64,000 bases of DNA, from IMG/VR virus record IMGVR_UViG_3300035696_000038, positions 5,616 to 69,615 of that record. One strand, written 5' to 3'. A model generated the notes under the pieces. It saw only the letters and a list, made by a program, of their open reading frames with translations, was not told the origin of the DNA and did not search any database. The stretch is from a virus. This document shows positions 26,992-34,986 of this stretch, in pieces; position 1 is the stretch's first letter; every line of letters starts with the position of its first letter. The translations under genes were made by a program, and so were the position numbers.

Positions 26992-27684
26992 GTGGAGGAC
27001 TTTGAGTTTGAGTCGGAGATAGGCACCGACCTGGTGCCCCGCGCAGAGCCGGAACTGCTGCTGCCTTCGGAGTTCCACACGCGCATGAATGCGATGCGCG
27101 CGGAATCGATGGCCGTGGTGCGCCACGCGGAAATGCTGCTGGCCAGCAAGATTGAGACGCTTGAAGAACACGACCGGGTGATTGAAGCCGGCCGCCTGCT
27201 GCAGGCTTCGCTCAAGAACGTTACCGAGTTCTATAAGCCGATCAAGCAGAAGATCGACGCGCTCAAACAGCCGATCTTGGACTGGGAGCGCGCAGACGCC
27301 GACGTGCTGAAGGGCACCAAGGAGCGTTGCGGCGCCGCGGTGCAGGAGTTTGAAGAGCGCCAAGCCGCCGCCGAAGCCCTGGCCCTGAAACAGAATGAGG
27401 CGCAGACGAGCGCCGCGGCCGCCGATGGGGAACTACCCCTGCCCGCCATTGTGCAGGCCACCGTGCCAGCAAAGACGCGCGGGAAGGTGCCGCGCACCAC
27501 TTGGCACGCCGAAGTCGTAGACTTTTTGAAACTGATCAGGGCCGTTGCGGCCGGAGAGGTTTTGACCGCCGCGCTGCTGCCAAACGAAAGCTATCTGAAC
27601 AAAAGAGCCGACTCGGACCGGGGGGGAATGAGCATTCCCGGGGTAGTGGCGCGCGAAGTGAAAAAAGTGCATTTCAGAATGTAA
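26992..27684 (+). CDS. Coiled-coil phage protein
   Basis: 230 aa with a C-terminal SIPGVVARE motif; start uncertain. Confidence 0.7.
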   Translation: MEDFEFESEIGTDLVPRAEPELLLPSEFHTRMNAMRAESMAVVRHAEMLLASKIETLEEHDRVIEAGRLLQASLKNVTEFYKPIKQKIDALKQPILDWERADADVLKGTKERCGAAVQEFEERQAAAEALALKQNEAQTSAAAADGELPLPAIVQATVPAKTRGKVPRTTWHAEVVDFLKLIRAVAAGEVLTAALLPNESYLNKRADSDRGGMSIPGVVAREVKKVHFRM

Positions 27685-27699
27685 GGAGGATGCTTCGGC

Positions 27700-28053
27700 A
27701 TGAACCAACGAAATCGAGTAACCGTGGGTGCCGCGCTGTTTCTTTCAACCCTTTTTGCCGTTGGGGCGATCTGCGCCGCAGCCCAGGCAGGGAAACCGGA
27801 ACCGGTGCCGGCGACGGTCCCGGCGCCAGTGGCGGCCACCGCCGAACAGCAAGCCAAGATCGACAGCGCATGGAAGGATGTGCAGATCGCCAATCTCCGG
27901 CTCCAACTGATGGTGGAACAAGTGGTGAGCGAGATGGAGAAGGGCACCTATTACGACTACAACCAGCAACGGTTTTTCCGCCGGGTTCCGGCACCGGCAA
28001 AGCCTGCGCCAGCGCCGCCGCCTGCGCCGCCGCCCGCCCCAGCCAAGAAGTAA
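27700..28053 (+). CDS. Secreted Pro/Ala-rich protein
   Basis: AAGGAGG RBS; signal peptide. Confidence 0.7.
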   Translation: MNQRNRVTVGAALFLSTLFAVGAICAAAQAGKPEPVPATVPAPVAATAEQQAKIDSAWKDVQIANLRLQLMVEQVVSEMEKGTYYDYNQQRFFRRVPAPAKPAPAPPPAPPPAPAKK

Positions 28054-28172
28054 AAGTGCGTCGGAGCAGAGTCCAGACTCTGGACTTGTTTGCCGCGCAC
28101 AGATCGCGGGTAAATTGCGCTGGTTCAAAATCGGCCTTGACAGGATTTTGGAACGGCCGTCCAATCGAGGTG

Positions 28173-28318
28173 TGCAGGCCTTCCCCTCTGCTGAAGGTCT
28201 GCGTTGGCTGAGCCGCGAAATGCCCCCCAGCTAATGCGGTTGGCCGCCCATGCAGGCCGGTCTTTCCTCGGTGACCGGCCTGCAGCCATTTGGGGCCGTG
28301 ATTCCTCAGTTGGCGCCC
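28173..28318. ncRNA. Candidate small RNA with four hairpins sharing CC(T/C)CNG loops
   Basis: Hairpins TGCAGGCCTTC/GAAGGTCTGCG and TGCAGGCCGGTC/GACCGGCCTGCA plus two weaker ones, in a non-coding gap. Confidence 0.45.
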
Positions 28319-28450
28319 TAAACCCTTTAGAAAAGTGAGAAAATAACGCTCTATTCATTTTTCTCTTGCGCAATGATCCAAAAAGGTCTACGCTGCGTTG
28401 GTTAAATACGAAACATCGCGTTCAGACAGATAGGTACCGCGAGGATCGAT

Positions 28451-28681
28451 ATGGGCATTATCCAGATTGAACCGGCCGGAGAACCGCTGATCGGTCTGCG
28501 GCCCGCAGCGCGGATGCTGGGAATGGGGCGGGTAACGGTAAGCAAGATGGCGCGTTGCGGACAGATCCCAACCATGGCCTTTCCGATGAAGGGAGGCAAG
28601 TTTCGCTACATGTTCCGCGTATCGGAGCTGGAAGCTTATCTGGCTACGCTCCGCCGTCCATTGCAGGAAAAAGCGTCATAG
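28451..28681 (+). CDS. Excisionase-like HTH protein
   Basis: AARMLGMGRVTVSKMARCGQIP...FRVSELEAYL; upstream of the recombinase. Confidence 0.8.
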   Translation: MGIIQIEPAGEPLIGLRPAARMLGMGRVTVSKMARCGQIPTMAFPMKGGKFRYMFRVSELEAYLATLRRPLQEKAS

Positions 28682-28792
28682 CCTGCGTTTTCCACACAGG
28701 GACCCAAAAAGTTACTATGAACAACCGACCGCCGTCCGATAGACTCACTTATCGGCCGCTGTCTGGTTGGTTGGCATGCACAGGAGTACGGC

Positions 28793-29011
28793 ATGATCAC
28801 TCACGCCAAGGAGCGGACCTACGAAGGAGTAGCGCGTGCCGCATGGGCCCTGGCGCAGCAGGAGGCCAGCGCCCTGGAGCGGATAGAGCACTTTCTGGAA
28901 AATGGGGATTCTGAAAGTGCGCTCACGGCCATGAAAGACTTCTTCGGTCAGAAAAAACCGAGCGCGAGGGCTCAACTGTATGACACCGAGGAAAGAAAAC
29001 GAGTCGTTTGA
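28793..29011 (+). CDS. Hypothetical protein
   Basis: AGGAG RBS. Confidence 0.55.
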   Translation: MITHAKERTYEGVARAAWALAQQEASALERIEHFLENGDSESALTAMKDFFGQKKPSARAQLYDTEERKRVV

Positions 29012-30716
29012 CCGGATTCCGGTCGTAGCGCTGATTCGCGTCAGCACTGAAGAGCAGGCAACCGAGGACAAGGGCGGCATTCCCGCGCAACAAGATGCCA
29101 TCAAGCGGATCGCCCAACAGCACGACCTGGACATCCGCTGGACCGTTCAAATCGAGGGCGTCAGCGGCGCCGTCGTCATGCAATCGCAGCAAATGAAGGA
29201 AGTTCTGCGCATCGTGCGCGGCGGCGTTTGCAAGGGCATCGTGATGAAGGAAGAATCCCGCCTGATGCGCGCGGAAAACTTTGAAGACTACGCGATCTTG
29301 CAGACGCTTCAACAGCACGGAGTCAAAATCTACTTGGTCGACGGCGTGATGGACCTGAGCAAGGCCGGAGACAAACTGTTCAGCCATATCAAGTTTGCTT
29401 TTGCCGGCTACGAACGGACCATCATCCGCGACCGCATGCTGGGCGGAAAAAAGGCCAAGCGGCGCCGGGGAGAATGGGTCGCCGGCCCAAATTCAGTAGC
29501 CTTTGGCCTGAAGCTGGTTAAGGATGGCAAGATCAACCGCCTGCAGGTGGACGATGCTTCGATTCACAGAGTCCAGCACCTCTTTCAACTCTTCATCAGC
29601 GGCGTAACTTCGTTTGGGAAACTGGCCCGCGAAACCGGCATTTCTTACTATTCCATCCCGTATATCCTGGAAAATGAGATATATGCGGGCGTGCATGTGC
29701 CGCGCAAAACGGTTGATCCGAACCGCAACGTGTACCGCGACGACGGAAGCCTGCGCTACCAGAGGCGCTTGGTTGTCCCGGTGACCGAACGGGAACGTAT
29801 CCAGGTTCTGGATAACCCGCCCATCTCACCAGAGGTCTTTGCCCAGGCCCAGTGGCTTTTGAAACTCAAGCGCGAAATGCGATGGAAGCGGACCCAGGAA
29901 ACGGAGGACCTCTACATCTATCGCGGCTTTCTGCGTTGCGCTGAGTGCGGAATGCGCTTGACCACCGTGAAGTACCTCAACAAGCAAGCCAATAACTTTC
30001 GGGCAGACTACTACGTGTGCAGGGCCGCGCACGGTGCCGCCAGAGCCAATGGAACTTGGCAAATCAAGCCCGCTAGCTGCAAGACCCGGCGGATACGGCG
30101 GGAAGTGCTGGAACCAATGCTGGATGATCTTGTCGTCCGGCGCTTCGCCAACCCGAATTTTTTGCTGGAGCTGATCGAGGCGCACTCGGTCGCCGAAACT
30201 CAGGCTGCGGTGACCAAAACCATCGAGAGACTGCACCTTGAAATCGAAGAGGCTGACAGGGCAATTGAACGCAATCAGGAAATGTACATCCGGGGCAAAA
30301 TTTCCCAAGCCGTCTTCGACAAGAATGACCACAACTTGCAATTGGAAAAACGCACTTCAGAGGTGGAACTGGCCAAGTTGCGCCCCAATGTAGAGCAAAT
30401 CACCCCAGAGATGTGGGTTCCGATTGCGCGACAGTTTCAGCGCTGGCCGAAGGTAGCACCACAGCAGAAGAAAGTGCTGCTCGCAGCCATCGCGCCGATC
30501 TTTATCGTCGGCGGCTACGCAGGGGAGAAGTATCACGATACCGTGGTGAAGGTGAAGGGATGCCACGTCAACTTGACCGGCGAGCATCTGAGTGTTGAAT
30601 CGGACAAATCTGCGGAAGGTGAAGGTTCAGAGGAAGAGGACGTATTGGTTGACATTGGGAGCCGATTGTATTCGGGTCGTGATGTGAACCAATCATCTAT
30701 CTACATTCCTTTCTAA
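28980..30716 (+). CDS. Large serine recombinase (integrase type)
   Basis: ALIRVSTEEQ, EGVSG, SRLMR, recombinase domain (ILENEIYAG), Zn ribbon LRCAECG..YYVC, coiled coil. Confidence 0.92.
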   Translation: MTPRKENESFDRIPVVALIRVSTEEQATEDKGGIPAQQDAIKRIAQQHDLDIRWTVQIEGVSGAVVMQSQQMKEVLRIVRGGVCKGIVMKEESRLMRAENFEDYAILQTLQQHGVKIYLVDGVMDLSKAGDKLFSHIKFAFAGYERTIIRDRMLGGKKAKRRRGEWVAGPNSVAFGLKLVKDGKINRLQVDDASIHRVQHLFQLFISGVTSFGKLARETGISYYSIPYILENEIYAGVHVPRKTVDPNRNVYRDDGSLRYQRRLVVPVTERERIQVLDNPPISPEVFAQAQWLLKLKREMRWKRTQETEDLYIYRGFLRCAECGMRLTTVKYLNKQANNFRADYYVCRAAHGAARANGTWQIKPASCKTRRIRREVLEPMLDDLVVRRFANPNFLLELIEAHSVAETQAAVTKTIERLHLEIEEADRAIERNQEMYIRGKISQAVFDKNDHNLQLEKRTSEVELAKLRPNVEQITPEMWVPIARQFQRWPKVAPQQKKVLLAAIAPIFIVGGYAGEKYHDTVVKVKGCHVNLTGEHLSVESDKSAEGEGSEEEDVLVDIGSRLYSGRDVNQSSIYIPF

Positions 30717-30751
30717 CATTTACCCAAAGACGGTTTGCCAAGGAAAGTGTA

Positions 30752-30777
30752 CCACTCCCCCTTTCGAGGGGGAGTGG
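30752..30777 (+). terminator. Strong hairpin after the recombinase gene
   Basis: CCACTCCCCCT-TTCG-AGGGGGAGTGG. Confidence 0.6.
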
Positions 30778-30808
30778 ATAGATTTTGCGCGTTTTTTGAG
30801 GGTTTGCC

Positions 30809-32272
30809 TTGCGCGCTTACTACAACGAACTCGACGCCGTGAAAGCCGAGGTTTTGCGCGAAGCAATCAGGGCGGGCGCAATCGCGCCAGGGGACGTAGA
30901 TGAACGCAGCGTCGCCGATGTCGAATCAGCCGACCTTGTGGGATATACCCAGTGCCACTTCTTTGCCGGCGGCGGCTTCTGGTCCCTCGCCCTGCGACAG
31001 GCCGGATGGCCCGACGACCGCGAAGTGTGGACCGGAAGCTGCCCCTGCCCCAGCTTCTCCGCCGCAGGAAAAGGCCAAGGGTTTAGAGACCCTCGTCACC
31101 TCTGGCCTCATTGGGCGCGACTCATCGCCGAGCGCCGCCCTGCAGTCGTCTTTGGAGAGCAGGTTAGTGCCGCGATTGGACACGGCTGGCTCGACCTTGT
31201 TCAGACTGACCTGGAAACACAAAACTACGCCGTTGGGAAGGCGGTACTTGGAGCGTGCAGCGTCGGCGCTCCGCACATCCGCCAAAGACTCTACTTCGTT
31301 GCCACCACCTGCGGTGGGGCCAACCGCAGCTACACCGGCGACGACAGGTTGGCCGACGCCGCAGACCCACGACGACAAACTGCGTGGCAACACGGAAGCC
31401 GACTGCCACTACTCCCCCCACGACCTGAGCAACGCGGCCACGCTGAGCAGTTGGTCGCCACCGACCCAGTGGGACTCCGAGGGCGGTGGCCAAGCGGCGC
31501 AGGCGACGAACCCAGCACGCTCGAACGATCTGGGCGACTTTGCGCTGCTTGCATCGTGGAGCACGCCGAGGAACGAAGACGCGGAATCGGCTGGCATGAG
31601 GCTGGCACGGGGAACAGCGGATACGCTGACGGCGCAGACTTCGCTGGCAGCTTGGGCGACGCCGGCGGAACGGGACTACCGCACCGCCAACCTGAAGAGC
31701 TTCGAAGAGCGCGGCGGCGGCAAGAAGGGCGAGCAACTACCCAACCAAGTGAAGCATCTGGCGGGCTGGCCGACACCGATGGCGGGATCTCCGGCGACCG
31801 AGGACTACAACGAGGCGGGCAACACGGACAGCAGCCGGAAAACGGTGGCGCTGGCGGCGTGGCCGAGCCCCTGCACGCCGAACGGTGGCCGTTCGATGTC
31901 GACGGACCAGATGGACGCGACCGGGAAGACGCTGGACGGCAGGAAGCACACGGCCTCTTTGGAACACGCAGTGAAGTTCGCCGGCCCGGTGCGCTTAACG
32001 GCTTCTGGGCTGGCGCTGACTGGATCGGATGCCGGGATGGAAAGTTCAGGCCAGTGCCAGGGACAACTCAATCCGGCCCACTCGGCTTGGTTAATGGGGA
32101 TTCCGCCGATTTGGGATATTTTCTGCTTCCGGGCGGCCAAGGCTATGCGTTCTCGCCGCTCATCCAAAAAGGAAAAGAAAGAACTGGCAGGCTCAGGCTC
32201 TACGGCGACGCAATCTGCGTGCCCGCCGCGCGGGCGTTCATTGAAGCATTCCTTGAAACCGTCAGCAAATAG
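30809..32272 (+). CDS. DNA cytosine-5 methyltransferase, large subunit
   Basis: HFFAGGG (I), TGSCPCPSFS (IV), FGEQV (VI), VGAPHIRQRLYFV (VIII), RLRLYGDAI (X). Confidence 0.88.
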   Translation: MRAYYNELDAVKAEVLREAIRAGAIAPGDVDERSVADVESADLVGYTQCHFFAGGGFWSLALRQAGWPDDREVWTGSCPCPSFSAAGKGQGFRDPRHLWPHWARLIAERRPAVVFGEQVSAAIGHGWLDLVQTDLETQNYAVGKAVLGACSVGAPHIRQRLYFVATTCGGANRSYTGDDRLADAADPRRQTAWQHGSRLPLLPPRPEQRGHAEQLVATDPVGLRGRWPSGAGDEPSTLERSGRLCAACIVEHAEERRRGIGWHEAGTGNSGYADGADFAGSLGDAGGTGLPHRQPEELRRARRRQEGRATTQPSEASGGLADTDGGISGDRGLQRGGQHGQQPENGGAGGVAEPLHAERWPFDVDGPDGRDREDAGRQEAHGLFGTRSEVRRPGALNGFWAGADWIGCRDGKFRPVPGTTQSGPLGLVNGDSADLGYFLLPGGQGYAFSPLIQKGKERTGRLRLYGDAICVPAARAFIEAFLETVSK

Positions 32273-32276
32273 CTGA
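30900..32276 (+). CDS. Overlapping alternative-frame subunit of the C5 methyltransferase
   Basis: 458-codon +1 frame ORF with repeated W(P/S/A)TP units and motif IX-like GQLNPAHSAWLMGIP, which is absent from the main frame. Confidence 0.7.
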   Translation: MNAASPMSNQPTLWDIPSATSLPAAASGPSPCDRPDGPTTAKCGPEAAPAPASPPQEKAKGLETLVTSGLIGRDSSPSAALQSSLESRLVPRLDTAGSTLFRLTWKHKTTPLGRRYLERAASALRTSAKDSTSLPPPAVGPTAATPATTGWPTPQTHDDKLRGNTEADCHYSPHDLSNAATLSSWSPPTQWDSEGGGQAAQATNPARSNDLGDFALLASWSTPRNEDAESAGMRLARGTADTLTAQTSLAAWATPAERDYRTANLKSFEERGGGKKGEQLPNQVKHLAGWPTPMAGSPATEDYNEAGNTDSSRKTVALAAWPSPCTPNGGRSMSTDQMDATGKTLDGRKHTASLEHAVKFAGPVRLTASGLALTGSDAGMESSGQCQGQLNPAHSAWLMGIPPIWDIFCFRAAKAMRSRRSSKKEKKELAGSGSTATQSACPPRGRSLKHSLKPSANS

Positions 32277-32312
32277 AGTCTGCGTAAGCAGATATGGAAG
32301 CGGAGCGACGCA

Positions 32313-33272
32313 GTGATTATCGAACCGGAAGGCTTGTTCGGAGGAGAGAGATTGGCCGCTTGTAGCGATCTGGCACAGCTCTACTGGCCGAGGCTCTACA
32401 TCGGCTCGAATGGCTATGCGCGCTTGGAACTGTCTTATCCGTCAATCATTTCAAAAATCTTCCGAAACTTTCGGAAAGTACCGGATCAAAAAACGCTATG
32501 GAACGTCTTTCGTGAGTACGAAGCCAACTACTTGGCGGTGTTGTATGAGGCAGATGGCACTTGGTGGTGCCAGTTCGCCACTTCGGAGAAGTTCCTGCCT
32601 CGATACAAGACGCGGCGAGACAGCGAAAGCCCGAGCCCTAGCGCGGAAACCATGCAGGCGTTCCGAAAAGGCTACATGAAGTGGAAATCCACTAAGTCCC
32701 TTTCAGGCCAACCTTTTCAAAAAATTCCAGAAGATTTTGGAAAGTTTCCGCTGGAGAGGAGAGGAGTAGGTGTTGGTGTTGGAGAAGGTGTTGGTGTGGT
32801 TGAAGAACCGCCGGAAGTAGCAAAGAACGCTACTTCCTCGTCCGGCGGCTCGCCGGACCAAGACGGCGCGGATTTTTTTGAACTGGAAGTTGCGCAAACT
32901 ACCAAGACACGTAAGAAGGCACGTCCTGAGCGCGTCTTGGCCGTTGAGGATGTTTGGAAATTCTACCAAGAGACGTTCAACAAGCAGGGTATGACGCTTA
33001 CGGATAAACGTAAGCAAAAAGGGCTGGCGCGGCTCGGAGAAGCACTCCGTATGCCAGAAGCAAACGGCAATCTTGCCGTCGCAGTGAACTTGATGAAGGC
33101 GGCGATTGAAGAAGTAGCGCAAGACCCGTGGGAAGGTCGCCTGACTTTTAACGATTGGGAAAAGTATGTTTTCGGCAGTGCCGAGCGATTTGAGAACTGG
33201 GTGGATAGATGGCGGAAGGGAAGCGAAAAGGAAGAGAGATCGACTGAACGGAGGCAAGCCTATGCACGATAA
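32313..33272 (+). CDS. Putative replication initiator / replisome organizer
   Basis: N-terminal helical domain, low-complexity GVGVG linker and C-terminal domain; lies upstream of the primase-helicase. Confidence 0.55.
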   Translation: MIIEPEGLFGGERLAACSDLAQLYWPRLYIGSNGYARLELSYPSIISKIFRNFRKVPDQKTLWNVFREYEANYLAVLYEADGTWWCQFATSEKFLPRYKTRRDSESPSPSAETMQAFRKGYMKWKSTKSLSGQPFQKIPEDFGKFPLERRGVGVGVGEGVGVVEEPPEVAKNATSSSGGSPDQDGADFFELEVAQTTKTRKKARPERVLAVEDVWKFYQETFNKQGMTLTDKRKQKGLARLGEALRMPEANGNLAVAVNLMKAAIEEVAQDPWEGRLTFNDWEKYVFGSAERFENWVDRWRKGSEKEERSTERRQAYAR

Positions 33273-33840
33273 AGCCAACGTTGGCCACCGGACCCCAGCG
33301 GAGATTTTGTTCTGCGACGGTTTTTTGAAAACGACCGTGAAGTGGGAGCACCTCAGCGAAAAGGCGAAGCAGTTCGTGCTGCTGGAGAAGCGGACGGAAC
33401 ACGAATTGTTATTTGAGGAGGAGATTTGCTCATGGTTTGAATGTAAACCAAATGACGGCTTTTTCTTTACGCAATACCCGTTCGGACCGTACTTTGTGGA
33501 TTTTGCCTTTTACGCAGGCTACATGAATTTCACTCGGTTTGTTGTGGTCGAGATCGACGGCGGGTACCACTCCACCGAGGAGCAAATCGAAAAAGATGCG
33601 CAGAGAACACGGTTTCTGGAAAAGCAAGGTTGCGTAGTCCTGCGGTTTACGAACCAACAACTGGAAGACGGGTTCGAGACGGTTGTGAAGAAGATCAAGC
33701 AAGTAATTAAAGCAACCAAGGCCGAAGCGCGTGCACTCTTCTTTTCCGACACCAACGCAGACTACCGGGCTCGACTACCACACCCGCAGCGTCGAACAGT
33801 GCAATCGATTTTGAGCCCACAGGAGGCCAAACATGCGTGA
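33262..33840 (+). CDS. DUF559 / Vsr-like endonuclease
   Basis: QYPFGPYFVDF, VVEIDGGYH, KDAQRTRFLEKQGCVVLRFTN. Confidence 0.88.
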   Translation: MHDKANVGHRTPAEILFCDGFLKTTVKWEHLSEKAKQFVLLEKRTEHELLFEEEICSWFECKPNDGFFFTQYPFGPYFVDFAFYAGYMNFTRFVVVEIDGGYHSTEEQIEKDAQRTRFLEKQGCVVLRFTNQQLEDGFETVVKKIKQVIKATKAEARALFFSDTNADYRARLPHPQRRTVQSILSPQEAKHA

Positions 33841-34153
33841 GTTGAACGGTGTGGAAATGATTGCCCAGGAGCGCCGCCGGCAGGTGGACGTGGAAGGGTG
33901 GACGCCCGAACACGACCGGCAACACTACTGCGGAGAACTGCCGATTGCCGCCGCCTGCTATGCCAGCCTGGCCAGCGCGCAAGCACGGTGGTCGAGCCCG
34001 CTGCTGGTTTACGAGTTGCCCAAGTTCTGGCCGTGGGCCCTGAAGTGGTGGAAACCGTCAACCGACCCGCTGAGGAATTTGGCCAAGGCCGGAGCGCTGA
34101 TTGCCGCCGAGATCGACCGCATCTTGACAGAACAGGAGAAACACGATGCCTGA
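33833..34153 (+). CDS. Conserved hypothetical phage protein
   Basis: ERRRQVDVEGWTPEHD...RNLAKAGALIAAEIDR. Confidence 0.8.
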   Translation: MRELNGVEMIAQERRRQVDVEGWTPEHDRQHYCGELPIAAACYASLASAQARWSSPLLVYELPKFWPWALKWWKPSTDPLRNLAKAGALIAAEIDRILTEQEKHDA

Positions 34154-34373
34154 ACCGATGGTGACCGTGACCCTGAACCCGCTGGAACTGAAACTGCTGC
34201 GCCGGGCGATCGCCAAAGCCGTGGACGACGGCCTGCTCGACCTGAACGTGGGCACCAAGCGCATTTGCGAACTGGACGTGCTGCGGCACCTGGCGGAAGA
34301 GGCGGGCGGCAACGCCAAAGTGGCCGCCCGGGTGAAGCGCGACCACCGCCAGCCGGGACGGAGGGTGGCATGA
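34146..34373 (+). CDS. Hypothetical protein
   Basis: AGGAG RBS; coupled to neighbours. Confidence 0.6.
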   Translation: MPEPMVTVTLNPLELKLLRRAIAKAVDDGLLDLNVGTKRICELDVLRHLAEEAGGNAKVAARVKRDHRQPGRRVA

Positions 34374-34696
34374 GCCTGCCGTTGCGCTATTACCTCTCGT
34401 TCTTTCCGCGGACGCTGACGTTTATTGCCGGAGCGCCCGAACAAAAAGAGAAACCTAACTTGGGCCGCTTCCGCCTGGCCTTCAAGCTAAACAAGGGCGA
34501 CGTGCTGAGCTATACCTGCACGGATTGCCTGCTGGTCTGCGCGAAGGCGCGGATAGGCGAGTTTACCTCGCCGGTTTTTGTGGAAGACGAAAAAAACACC
34601 GTGCCCGACGCGGTGAGGCGCTGGATGGAAAACCACACCCGCCTGCATAGCGAGATGCGGAACTGGGCCGAGACGCGGATGCGGGGTGCGGCATGA
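34370..34696 (+). CDS. Hypothetical protein
   Basis: ATGA overlaps at both ends. Confidence 0.6.
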   Translation: MSLPLRYYLSFFPRTLTFIAGAPEQKEKPNLGRFRLAFKLNKGDVLSYTCTDCLLVCAKARIGEFTSPVFVEDEKNTVPDAVRRWMENHTRLHSEMRNWAETRMRGAA

Positions 34697-34986
34697 AGCG
34701 CCATGAGCAGGCAGAGCCAACCCAGTGCATCTGCGGACACTGGATGACCGAAGAGCGTTTCGACATGTGGATCGACGAGATCAATACGCCGGGTACCTCA
34801 CCGCCGCGCTGGACCTGCCCCACCCCGGGATGCTGCGGCAATGTGCGGGAACTCGAAGCCAAACGGCTGCGCGCGATGCTGAGGCTCACCAACGAAGAAC
34901 TGCAAATTCTGGGGCTGTGGCACTACGCGGACGAAGAAAGCAAACACGCCTTCGGGCGCTTGCTGCACGGGATCTTCCATGTCTGA
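34693..34986 (+). CDS. Hypothetical protein with Cys pairs
   Basis: ATGA overlap; CICG, CPTPGC. Confidence 0.55.
   Translation: MKRHEQAEPTQCICGHWMTEERFDMWIDEINTPGTSPPRWTCPTPGCCGNVRELEAKRLRAMLRLTNEELQILGLWHYADEESKHAFGRLLHGIFHV

Noticed and set aside
26949-26995. Programmed frameshift joining ATG 26949 to ORF 26992-27684
   Set aside because: No convincing slippery site with a stimulator; it could equally be a GTG start or an assembly indel, and cannot be decided without reads.
28980-30716. CRISPR-associated transposon or guided-integration link between Cas12 and the serine recombinase
   Set aside because: About 5.5 kb and many unrelated genes separate them, and no tnsB, tnsC or tniQ is present; nothing in the sequence supports coupling.
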